Shown one piece after another: positions 15,885 through 24,398 of a stretch of DNA of 64,000 nucleotides. Both the position numbers and the translations under genes were made by a program. Within the stretch, counting starts at the first letter, position 1. Each line of letters begins with the position of its first letter. The notes beneath the pieces are model-generated. The model was not told the origin of the DNA. It did not search any database and saw only the letters and a list, made by a program, of their open reading frames with translations. Where the stretch lies: contig DASPLE010000112.1 of the NCBI GenBank assembly GCA_035627695.1, forward strand, positions 5,626-69,625, read 5' to 3'. This DNA is from Planctomycetota bacterium. GTDB lineage: Bacteria > Planctomycetota > UBA11346.

Positions 15885-17068
15885 GGCAGCTCAACGTCGC
15901 CATCCTCGGCACCAGCTTCATGGGCAAGGCGCACAGCAACGGCTGGACGCAGGCGCCGCGCTTCTTCGAGCTCGGCATCGCGCCCGTGCTCAAGGTCGCG
16001 TGCGGACAGGACGAGGAGCGGACGCGCCGCTTCGCCGCGACCTGGGGCTGGCATGAGCACGCCAGCGACTGGCGGCAGGTGATCGCGCGCGACGACATCG
16101 ACATCGTCGACATCGCGCTGCCGACCCACCTGCACCACGACGTCGCCATCGCCGCGGCGCGCGCCGGCAAGCACGTGTTCTGCGAGAAGCCGATGGCGTT
16201 ATCGCTGGCGCAGGCGCGCGCGATGCGCGACGCCGTCGACGCCGCGGGCGTGGTCGGCTACGTCAACCACAACTACCGCCGCCTGCCGGCGGTGATGCTG
16301 GCCAGGCAGCTGATCGATGACGGCCGGATCGGCCGGATCTTCCATTGGCGCGGCGCCTACCAGCAGGACTGGATCGTCGACCCGCGCTTCCCGCTGACCT
16401 GGCACCTGCGCGCCGAGTGCGCCGGGTCGGGTCCGCATGCCGACCTCAACTCGCACAGCGTCGACCTCGCGCACCTGCTGGTCGGAGGCATCGCCAGCGT
16501 GTCGTGCCTGACCGCCGGCTTCGTGGGCGAACGCCCCCTGGCCGGCGCCGGATCCGCGACCTTCCAGGCGGGCGAGGTCGGCCAGCGCACCGGCCGCGTC
16601 ACCGTCGAGGACGCCTCGCTGATGATGGTGCGTTTCGCGAACGGGGCGATCGGCTCCTTCGAGGCGACGCGCTTCGCCAGCGGGCGCAAGAACCGCAACG
16701 CCTTCGAGATCTACGGCAGCGACGGCGCGCTGTCGTTCGACCTCGAGCGCCTCAACGAGCTGCAGTTCCACGACCATCGCGCGCCGTCGGTCGAGCAGGG
16801 CTTCCGCACCATCCTCGCCACCGACCCCGGGCACGCCTACATGCGCCGCTGGTGGCCGCCCGGGCACACCATCGGCTACGAGCACACCTTCGTCCACGCG
16901 GTCGCCGACTTCCTGACCGCGATCGAACGCGGCGGGCGCATCCGCCCCGACTTCGCCGACGGCGTCGCGGTCATGGAGGTGCTCGAGGCGGGACTCGCGG
17001 CGATGCGCGACGGCCGCTGCGTGCAGGTGGCGGATCACGGCACCGCGGCCACGGGATCGTCGTCGTGA
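15881..17068 (+). CDS. Gfo/Idh/MocA-family oxidoreductase
   Basis: ATG at 15881 overlaps the previous stop (ATGA). LNVAILGTSFMGKAHS Rossmann motif and GKHVFCEKPMAL. In frame with track ORF 14222..17068. Confidence 0.9.
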   Translation: MRQLNVAILGTSFMGKAHSNGWTQAPRFFELGIAPVLKVACGQDEERTRRFAATWGWHEHASDWRQVIARDDIDIVDIALPTHLHHDVAIAAARAGKHVFCEKPMALSLAQARAMRDAVDAAGVVGYVNHNYRRLPAVMLARQLIDDGRIGRIFHWRGAYQQDWIVDPRFPLTWHLRAECAGSGPHADLNSHSVDLAHLLVGGIASVSCLTAGFVGERPLAGAGSATFQAGEVGQRTGRVTVEDASLMMVRFANGAIGSFEATRFASGRKNRNAFEIYGSDGALSFDLERLNELQFHDHRAPSVEQGFRTILATDPGHAYMRRWWPPGHTIGYEHTFVHAVADFLTAIERGGRIRPDFADGVAVMEVLEAGLAAMRDGRCVQVADHGTAATGSSS

Positions 17069-17976
17069 CGCCGATCGACCGCGAGCGGTACCGGCGCGAC
17101 GGCTTCGTCCTGGTCGACGTCCTCGCCCCGGCGGAGGCGCTTGCGCTACGCCAGCGGATCGACGAGGTCATCGACCGGCACCGCGTCGGCGGCGGCGCGG
17201 TGGATCGCTCCTTCCACGCCTCGCAGCACCAGCACCTCGGCGATCGCCTCGCGACCTACGGCACCGCCGCCAAGCACTACTATTTCCACCTGCTGACCGA
17301 ACCCGCGTTCCTGCCGATCCAATCGGTGTTCCACCGTCCGGAGATCCTCGACGCGATCGGGCAGCTGCTCGACGGTGGGCCGCTGATCATCGACAACGCC
17401 TCGTTGTTCGCGGCCGAGCCCGGGACCTGCTACCGGCTGCCGTGGCACCGCGACGTCATCCAGATCCCGCAGCGCGAGATCGACGAGGAGGCGCTCTTCA
17501 CCCCGACCCGATTCCACAACAACGTGCAGATCAACCTGCCGCTCCACGAGGACGAGACGCTGTGGGTCGTGCCGGGCAGCCACCGCCGGCCCAACACCGC
17601 CGCGGAGGACGCCGCGTTCGCCGGCTCGAAGCACTACGCGCCGCTCGCGGCCGAGATGCCCGGGGGCGTCAATGTGCGGATCGGCGCCGGGCAGGCGGTG
17701 CTCTACGACAACAACATCATCCATCGCGGCTGGAACGAGCGCTTCGCGCGTCCGCGCCGTTCGCTCCATCTCGGCTACCACGACGCGTCGCGGCCGCCGA
17801 CCTGGCACTTCTACCTGCTGGACGAGAGCAGCTTCACGCCCGCGTACCTCGCGCGCATGGAACCGGAGGTGCGCCGCATGATCGACGCGTACTTCGCGTG
17901 CCGGAAGCGCTACCCGAGGATCGAGGACACCTGGCGATCGCTGCGCCAAGCGACGGGGCCTACGCCTCAGGTCTGA
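17065..17976 (+). CDS. Phytanoyl-CoA dioxygenase (PhyH)-family Fe(II)/2-oxoglutarate oxygenase
   Basis: GTG at 17065 overlaps the previous stop (GTGA). LPWHRD, VPGSHR, HRGWNERFARPRRSLHLGY. In frame with track ORF 16345..17976. Confidence 0.8.
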   Translation: MTPIDRERYRRDGFVLVDVLAPAEALALRQRIDEVIDRHRVGGGAVDRSFHASQHQHLGDRLATYGTAAKHYYFHLLTEPAFLPIQSVFHRPEILDAIGQLLDGGPLIIDNASLFAAEPGTCYRLPWHRDVIQIPQREIDEEALFTPTRFHNNVQINLPLHEDETLWVVPGSHRRPNTAAEDAAFAGSKHYAPLAAEMPGGVNVRIGAGQAVLYDNNIIHRGWNERFARPRRSLHLGYHDASRPPTWHFYLLDESSFTPAYLARMEPEVRRMIDAYFACRKRYPRIEDTWRSLRQATGPTPQV

Positions 17977-18782
17977 CGGTGGCTGTCCGTGCCGTGCAGG
18001 TGACGCGCGGTCTTGTCCGACTTCTCCTTGCCGTCCACCGGAGCGGCGGCGTCGGCCGCCGCGAACGGGTCGGGCAGCGGTTCGACGGGCGTGCGCCACA
18101 CCGTGTCGATGCGCAGCAGCGGCGGCTGATTGCCCGGCGCGGCGACCGGCTGCTGCGGCGCGAGCGGCTGCGCGCCCTTCGGCCAGCTGATGACGTCGGC
18201 CGAGTGGCGCGAGCCGTGCACGGGTTCGCGCTTGCCGGTCATCGGCTGGGGGCTGTCGGGCGCGGCGGCGAGGCGTTCGAGCCGCGACGTCGCGCGCTTG
18301 GGCACGCGTCCGGTGTCCTTGGCCGGGACGCCGCCGCCGCGCCGTCCGATGCGATCGGTGACCGAGCGGCGCAGCGGCGCGGCGGTCGGCTCGGCGGGTT
18401 CCATCACCTCGGTCCGGACCTTGTCCTGGTCGCCGGCGCTGGAGGCGGTGGCGGGCGACGGACCCTTGGCCGAGACCTCGACGGTGATCCCGTCGACGAA
18501 CAGCTCGCCCTCGTCCGGCAGGTCGGACTGCTTCTTCCGCGGCGGCGGCGGGATCGGGATCTGCGGCATCGACGACGGCGCGGCGGGCAGCGACGGCAGC
18601 GGCGTGCTGTACATCGACGTCGAGCGGCGCAGGCCGTTGGCCTCGCCCTTGCGCATGCCGGGCACCGTCGGGTAGTCGGCGAAGATGTCGTCCTCGTCCT
18701 GGCGCGTCCGTCCGAACAGGCGCTGCGACCAGCGGCGCAGGCAGTCGACGACGGCGACCGCGGATGATCGGAATGCGCCCAT
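17967..18782 (-). CDS. Hypothetical Pro/Ser/Ala-rich, probably disordered protein (271 aa)
   Basis: Track ORF with gene-like third-position GC. No domain recognised. Its 3' end overlaps the convergent PhyH gene by 10 nt. Confidence 0.55.
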   Translation of the reverse strand: MGAFRSSAVAVVDCLRRWSQRLFGRTRQDEDDIFADYPTVPGMRKGEANGLRRSTSMYSTPLPSLPAAPSSMPQIPIPPPPRKKQSDLPDEGELFVDGITVEVSAKGPSPATASSAGDQDKVRTEVMEPAEPTAAPLRRSVTDRIGRRGGGVPAKDTGRVPKRATSRLERLAAAPDSPQPMTGKREPVHGSRHSADVISWPKGAQPLAPQQPVAAPGNQPPLLRIDTVWRTPVEPLPDPFAAADAAAPVDGKEKSDKTARHLHGTDSHRQT

Positions 18783-18933
18783 GGGTCAGGAAGAGTATGT
18801 ACCGGACCCGACCAGGTCGGAAACCCCAGATCACGGCATCGCTGTTCAGTCGATGCGGACGTAGCGGATCTCGCGGCACGCCGAGGCCCGCCCGCCTCCG
18901 GGCGCGGACGGACCCCGCCAGACGTTCCAGGCG

Positions 18934-20058
18934 TCAGGCGGGAAGGCTGACCAGGATGCTGGCGCCGCCGTCGACGGGATCGTCGAACCAGATCCGGCCA
19001 CCGTGACGCGTGACGATCTTGCGGCACAGGGCCAGACCGATGCCGGCGCCGGGATAGTCGTCGCGGCTGTGCAGGCGCTTGAACACCTCGAAGACCCGTT
19101 CGCGGTCCTCGCGCGCGACGCCGATGCCGTCGTCGTGGACGCCGATCGTCCACGCCGCGCCATCGCGTCGCGCCGTGATGCGCACGCGCGGCGCATGACC
19201 CGGACGACGGAAGGTCAGCGCGTTGACGATCAGGTGGCGCATGACGCTGGTCAGCTGGGCCGCCGAGCCGCGCACCGTCGGCAGGTCGCCGACGTCGATC
19301 CGAGCCCCGCACGCGTCGATGCGCGGCTGCGCCTGGAGGATCGCCTCGGCGACCACCGCGGCGAGCGCGACCTGATCGTCGACCGCCGGCATGCGGCCAT
19401 GACGCGAGTACTCGAGGATCGACGCGACCATCCCCTGCATCCGCACCGCGCCTTCGACCGCGAAGCGCATGTACTGCTGCGCGCGCGCATCGAGCCCGGC
19501 GCCGTAGCGCGAATCGAGCAGGTGCATGTAGTTGGCGATCATGCGCAGCGGTTCCTGCAGGTCGTGCGAGGCGCCGTAGGCGAACTGGTCGAGCTCGGCC
19601 TCGACCTGCGCGAGCTCGTCGGCGCGCGCGCGCGCGTCGCTGCGGTCGACCACGGCGCCGGTCGCCCCGACCATGGCGCCGGACGCGTCGCGCACGCTGC
19701 GCGCGCGATCACGGATCCAGCGCAGGACGCCGTCGGGCTGCACGATCCGGTACTCGATGTCGTACGGCGCGTCGTCCTCGACCAGCCGGCGCACCGCGTC
19801 CTCGACGCGGGCGCGGTCGTCGGGATGGACGCGATCCAGGAGATCCTGCACGGGCTGGCAGGTCTCGCGCTCGGCCAGGCCGAGCATGCGGTTGAGCGCG
19901 GCGTCGCGCGTGCCCTGCCCGGTCGCGAGGTCGACGCGCCACGTGCCGACCCCGGCGAGCGCGAGGTGCATCTCGGCGAGAGCGGCGCCCGAGGTGGCTG
20001 CGTTGGGCGTGGCCCGGGCGGTCTGCTGGCCGGCATCGGCCGCGGTCTGGGGGCTCAT
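18934..20058 (-). CDS. Sensor histidine kinase (PAS plus HisKA plus HATPase_c)
   Basis: Track ORF 18934..20082 (GTG). The first ATG is at 20058. PAS region (YRIVQPDGVLRWIRDRA), H-box FAYGASHDLQEPLR, ATPase G-boxes (DDGIGV, GAGIGLALC). Confidence 0.85.
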   Translation of the reverse strand: MSPQTAADAGQQTARATPNAATSGAALAEMHLALAGVGTWRVDLATGQGTRDAALNRMLGLAERETCQPVQDLLDRVHPDDRARVEDAVRRLVEDDAPYDIEYRIVQPDGVLRWIRDRARSVRDASGAMVGATGAVVDRSDARARADELAQVEAELDQFAYGASHDLQEPLRMIANYMHLLDSRYGAGLDARAQQYMRFAVEGAVRMQGMVASILEYSRHGRMPAVDDQVALAAVVAEAILQAQPRIDACGARIDVGDLPTVRGSAAQLTSVMRHLIVNALTFRRPGHAPRVRITARRDGAAWTIGVHDDGIGVAREDRERVFEVFKRLHSRDDYPGAGIGLALCRKIVTRHGGRIWFDDPVDGGASILVSLPA

Positions 20059-20128
20059 GGCGTCGAACCGTGCTGACGGCACGGTCGATCGTCAAAAGCA
20101 AAGGGCGGGTCTTGGAACAACTGGGCTT

Positions 20129-20154
20129 GCGCCGGCCCGGAACAGGGCCGGCGC
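20129..20154 (-). terminator. GC-rich hairpin just downstream of the AraC gene stop
   Basis: GCGCCGGCCC-ggaaca-GGGCCGGCGC, 5 nt after the stop codon at 20160-20162 on the minus strand. There is no clean T-run, only TTTGCTTTTG further on. Confidence 0.35.
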
Positions 20155-20159
20155 CACGC

Positions 20160-21203
20160 TCAGCCGGGCGCGTGCAGCCGCTGCCATTCGCTCGGCGTGC
20201 GACCCTTGAGCTTCTTGAAGACGATCGCGAAGTACTGGGACGAGCTGAAGCCCAGATCGAGGGCGATGTCGGTCACCGGCACGTCCCGTCGCGCCGCCAG
20301 GCGCCGGGCGGCCTCGTCGATGCGCAGCGCGGTCATGTACTCCAGCGCCGTCTGGCCGGTCTCGCCGCGGAAGACGGTGGCGAAATGCGCCGGGGACAGC
20401 CCCACGCGCTGCGCCATCTCGGCGAGCGCGGGGGGATCGGCGAGGCGCGTCGGCAGCCAGGCTATCAAGCGCTGGAATTCGGGTCGCGCCGGCGCGCGCT
20501 GCGCCGGCGACGCGGCGGCGCGCTGCGCCGCATGCAGGCGCGTGACCGACACCAGCAGCTCGACCAGCAGCGCCTGGACCATGATGACGGTCAGCGCGCG
20601 GTCCGGCGCCGAGGTCTCGACCCAGGCGCGATCGAGCTCGCCGAGGATGCGCCGGTAGATCGCCTCGATGCCGTGCGCGCCGTGGATGACGCGCGTGCCG
20701 AGGATCGGCTCGGCGTCGAAGGCGCGCGCCTCCGCCACCGCGACCGAGACGTCGCGCGCGCCGTCGTCCGCGCGGGCTCCGCCCAGCCGGCCCGCCAGCG
20801 GCAGCAGCGCCGGATCGAAGCCGACCGCGAAGTTGTGCTGCGGGTCCTTGGGATCGGGTCGTCCGCCGTGCGGTTCGCCGGGACGGGTGATCCACAGGTC
20901 GCCCGCGGCGAGGTCGAACGCGGCGCCGTCGACCGTCCACCGGCAACGCCCGGCGTGCACGTAGACGATCTCGTAGGTCGGGTGCCGGTGCTGGTGCAGG
21001 ACGTGATCGGCGGTGGTCACGGCCTCGTTGATGTGGGTGAAGGCCGGGAACTCCGGCAGCGGCGATTCGTAGCTGTGGAAGTAGCGGAACCCGACATCGG
21101 CGTCGGCGCCGTACTGCCGCCGCGGACCGTGCGAATCCGCACGCGGCCACGACGAAACCGGACGCGCCCCATCATCGTCGGCTACACTCACGCTCACGAT
21201 CAT
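20160..21203 (-). CDS. AraC-family transcriptional regulator (cupin plus HTH)
   Basis: C-terminal part of track ORF 20160..21536. Start taken at ATG 21203 so that it does not overlap the divergent GH38 gene. HTH LSPAHFATVFRGETGQTALEYMTALRI and VTDIALDLGFSSSQYFAIVFKKLKGRTPSEW. Confidence 0.8.
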   Translation of the reverse strand: MIVSVSVADDDGARPVSSWPRADSHGPRRQYGADADVGFRYFHSYESPLPEFPAFTHINEAVTTADHVLHQHRHPTYEIVYVHAGRCRWTVDGAAFDLAAGDLWITRPGEPHGGRPDPKDPQHNFAVGFDPALLPLAGRLGGARADDGARDVSVAVAEARAFDAEPILGTRVIHGAHGIEAIYRRILGELDRAWVETSAPDRALTVIMVQALLVELLVSVTRLHAAQRAAASPAQRAPARPEFQRLIAWLPTRLADPPALAEMAQRVGLSPAHFATVFRGETGQTALEYMTALRIDEAARRLAARRDVPVTDIALDLGFSSSQYFAIVFKKLKGRTPSEWQRLHAPG

Positions 21204-21267
21204 GGCCGGCGCCCGCCGCCGCCAATGCCCCACCAGCGCCCCGCGAAGCCCCCCTGCGAACGGACCC

Positions 21268-23409
21268 ATGGCCACCATCCACTGCATCTTCAACGCCCAC
21301 ATCGACCCGATCTGGCTGTGGCCGTGGCAGGCGTGCATCGACGAGGCGATCGCCACCTGCCGCAGCGCCTGCGATCGGCTCGATGCGCATCCCGACTTCG
21401 TCTTCAGCCAGGGCGAGGGCTGGATCTTCCAGCAGCTCGAGCGCTGCGACCCCGCGCTGTTCGCGCGCTGCGCCGCGCACATCCGCTCCGGCCGGTGGGA
21501 GATCGTCAACGGCTGGTGGGTGCAGCCGGATTGCAATCTGCCGAGCGGCTGGGGATTCGAACGCCAGATCGGCGTCGGCCTGCGCTATTTCGCCGGGCAC
21601 TTCCCCGGGCTGAAGCCGCGCGTCGGCTACAACATCGACAGCTTCGGCCACGCCGCGACGCTGCCCGGCTACATGCGCGCGGCCGGACAGGACCGCTACG
21701 TGATGATGCGGCCGCAGGAGCACGAGATGCGCCTGCCGGCGCGCCTCTTCCGCTGGCGCGGCTTCGACGGCGGACCCGAGGTGACGACCTTCCGCATCGC
21801 CGGCCACTACGGCACCGGCGACAACGTCTGGGGCGGCCACATCGACCGCGGGCTGACCGAGCTGCCCGCCGGCTGCGAGCACACCATGGTCTACTTCGGT
21901 CTCGGCGACCACGGCGGCGGCGCGACCGAGAACCAGATCGCGTGGGTGCGCGCCAACCAGCGCGCCTTCGCCGGGCACCAGCTGGTGTTCTCGACGCCGA
22001 CGCGCTTCTTCGACGCGGTCGCCGCGCAGAAGATCGAGCTGCCGCTGGTCACCGGCGAGCTGCAGCACCACGCGATCGGCTGCTACACCGTCCACCGCAA
22101 GGTGAAGACCGGCCTGCGCCGCGCCGAGCACCTGCTGCGCCAGGCCGAGCTCGCGATGGACGGCGCGCCGGCGATGCCGGGCATGCCGGCGTGGGAACCG
22201 CGCCTCGAGGAGGCGTGGCAGAAGGTCGCGTTCGTGCAGTTCCACGACACCATGGGCGGCACCTGCCTGCCGTCGGCGTACGCGCAGGTCGACGACCAGC
22301 TCGGCTTCGCCAACGCCATCGCCGACGAGGCCGTGCAGCAGCGCATGCGCGCGGCGATGATCGACCTGCCGGCGGATCCGCTGCAGCGCATCGTCTGCTG
22401 GAACCCGTCGGACCAGGCGTTCGCCGGCTGGATCGAGTTCGAGCCGTGGCTGCACGTGCCGTGGAACGACGGCACCGTCCTCGACGAGCGCGGCGCCGAG
22501 GTGCCGTACCAGAAGATCGCCCGTGAAGCCGTCACCGAGTTCCACTGGGGGCCGCCGCGCCTGCTGATGCGCCTGACGATCCCCGCCGGCGGGCGGCGGG
22601 TGCTGAAGCTGAAACCGGCGTCGCCGCCGGCGGTCGCCTACGCCGGCGTCGCCGTGCGCTCGACCGTCGCCGCCAACCGCGCCGGCGTCGGCTTCGACGC
22701 GGCCGACGGCAAGCTGCTGTTCGCCGCCGGCGCGCTGCCGCGTCCGCGGCTCGACCTGATCGACGATCCCAGCGACACCTGGACGCACCGCGTCGACCGC
22801 TACCTCGACGGTCCGGCGGAGTCGGCGCGCTGGAACGAGCCGACGTACATCGATTTCGGACCGCTCATGGCGTCCGCGATCCAGACCGGCGAGATCGGCC
22901 GCAGCCGGCTGAAGGCCGAGTGGCGGGTGCACGCCGACGACGCCTGGGTCGAGCTGCGCCTGCACGTGCATTGGCTCGAGAAGCAGAAGGTGCTCAAGCT
23001 GACGCTGCCGTTCCCGGCTCCGGCGGCCGACCGCGTCGACGGCATCCCCGGACGCTGGCTGGCGCGGCCGAACGCCGGGCGCGAGCTGCCGCTGCGCGAT
23101 TTCACCATCAACCGCTGCGACGACGGCCGTCAGCTCGCGGTGATCTGCCCGGACGCCTACGCGCTCGACGCCACGCCCGAGCGCCTGCGCATCACGCTGC
23201 TGCGCGCGCCGGTGATGGCGCACCACGAACCGCATCTCGGCAACGGCCCGCGCGGCGTGATCGCCGACCAGGGCGCGCACGAGTTCCGCTTCCGCTTCCA
23301 GCTCGGCCGCGACATCGCGCCGCAGGAGTGCGACGCGATCGCCACCGGCTGGCAGCGCGCGCCGCTGTGCGCCGACCTGACGCGCGGCATGCCGACGCGG
23401 GTGATGTAG
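21268..23409 (+). CDS. Glycoside hydrolase family 38 (alpha-mannosidase-like)
   Basis: In-frame ATG at 21268 (track ORF 21202..23409). MATIHCIFNAHIDPIWLWPWQ matches the GH38 N-terminal HID..WLW signature, followed by GWWVQPDCNLPSG. Confidence 0.85.
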   Translation: MATIHCIFNAHIDPIWLWPWQACIDEAIATCRSACDRLDAHPDFVFSQGEGWIFQQLERCDPALFARCAAHIRSGRWEIVNGWWVQPDCNLPSGWGFERQIGVGLRYFAGHFPGLKPRVGYNIDSFGHAATLPGYMRAAGQDRYVMMRPQEHEMRLPARLFRWRGFDGGPEVTTFRIAGHYGTGDNVWGGHIDRGLTELPAGCEHTMVYFGLGDHGGGATENQIAWVRANQRAFAGHQLVFSTPTRFFDAVAAQKIELPLVTGELQHHAIGCYTVHRKVKTGLRRAEHLLRQAELAMDGAPAMPGMPAWEPRLEEAWQKVAFVQFHDTMGGTCLPSAYAQVDDQLGFANAIADEAVQQRMRAAMIDLPADPLQRIVCWNPSDQAFAGWIEFEPWLHVPWNDGTVLDERGAEVPYQKIAREAVTEFHWGPPRLLMRLTIPAGGRRVLKLKPASPPAVAYAGVAVRSTVAANRAGVGFDAADGKLLFAAGALPRPRLDLIDDPSDTWTHRVDRYLDGPAESARWNEPTYIDFGPLMASAIQTGEIGRSRLKAEWRVHADDAWVELRLHVHWLEKQKVLKLTLPFPAPAADRVDGIPGRWLARPNAGRELPLRDFTINRCDDGRQLAVICPDAYALDATPERLRITLLRAPVMAHHEPHLGNGPRGVIADQGAHEFRFRFQLGRDIAPQECDAIATGWQRAPLCADLTRGMPTRVM

Positions 23410-23427
23410 CCCGCGCCGGCGAAGCGC

Positions 23428-24252
23428 TCAGAGCCGCGACGGCGGCGCGCCGAGCTCGCGGCGCACCAGGCGGGTGAACGTCGCGCGCGTCGGGAAGCCG
23501 CAGCGCGCGGCGACCTCGGTGACGGGGAAGCCTTCGCTGAGCAGCGCGCGCGCGAGCTCGAGGCGCTGGCGGGTGAGCGCGCGCTTCGGGCTCTCGCCGA
23601 AGTAGTCCTGGAACAGCGCGAAGGCCTGGCTGCGGCCCAGGCCGCTGGCGGCGATGACGTCGCGCGCGGTGATCGGCTCGTGCAGGCGGTGCCACAGCGC
23701 GCTGATCATCGCCGACAGCGCGGGATGCAGGCGGCCGAGCGGCTCGGCGGGCTCGGCGAGCACCTGCTCGATCAGCGCGGCGACCGCGCTGCGGCGCTCG
23801 GCCGGCGTCGATGCGGTGACGATCGCCTCGGCGAGCCGGCGGCACGGCTCGATGGGGACCTTGCTCCATAGCCGCGCGCCGTGCTCGGCCAGCAGCAGGT
23901 CGGAGAACGCGGCCTGGAAGCCCTGGCTGTAGCACGACGACCCCGGGCGCAGCGGTTCGTGCAGGTGCCAGACGCCCGGCAGGATCAGCAGCGCGTCGCC
24001 GGGACCGAGATCGACGGCGTGGCGCGCGCCGCGTCCGGCCGGGCCGCCGGTGACGCGCGCGACACCGTCGAGGCAGGCGACCAGCGTCGGCACGGTGTGC
24101 ATGTGCGCCTCGACGCCGGTCGGCGGCGCGGCGGCGCGGGCGCTCCAGATGTGGACGTCCTTCAGCCGGGCCGGCAGCCCCTGGAGCTGGACCCACAGTC
24201 GGCGGATGGCGTGGTCGTAGGCGGCGATCGGCATGGCTGCTGCTCGCGTCAT
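23428..24252 (-). CDS. AraC-family transcriptional regulator (cupin plus HTH)
   Basis: ORF-track 274 aa. C-terminal VTEVAARCGFPTRATFTRLVRRELGAPPS. Confidence 0.85.
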   Translation of the reverse strand: MTRAAAMPIAAYDHAIRRLWVQLQGLPARLKDVHIWSARAAAPPTGVEAHMHTVPTLVACLDGVARVTGGPAGRGARHAVDLGPGDALLILPGVWHLHEPLRPGSSCYSQGFQAAFSDLLLAEHGARLWSKVPIEPCRRLAEAIVTASTPAERRSAVAALIEQVLAEPAEPLGRLHPALSAMISALWHRLHEPITARDVIAASGLGRSQAFALFQDYFGESPKRALTRQRLELARALLSEGFPVTEVAARCGFPTRATFTRLVRRELGAPPSRL

Positions 24253-24398
24253 GCCAGCGGATGCTGCACGGGCGCGGCTGCAGGCAGGCTACGCCAGCCG
24301 CCGACAGGGCGCAATTGCTCCGATCGGTGTCGGACTTCCCGCACCCTGGCCCATGCCAGCCCGCCTGCGGCGGCGATGCTGGGTTCTACCCTCGCGCC

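Noticed and set aside
21202-21267. GH38 gene starting at ATG 21202, giving a 22-aa N-terminal extension and head-to-head overlap with the AraC start codon.
   Set aside because: The extension (MAGARRRQCPTSAPRSPPANGP) is not signal-like. The conserved GH38 N-terminus begins right at MATIHCIFNAHID (21268). The earlier ATG is noted only as an alternative.
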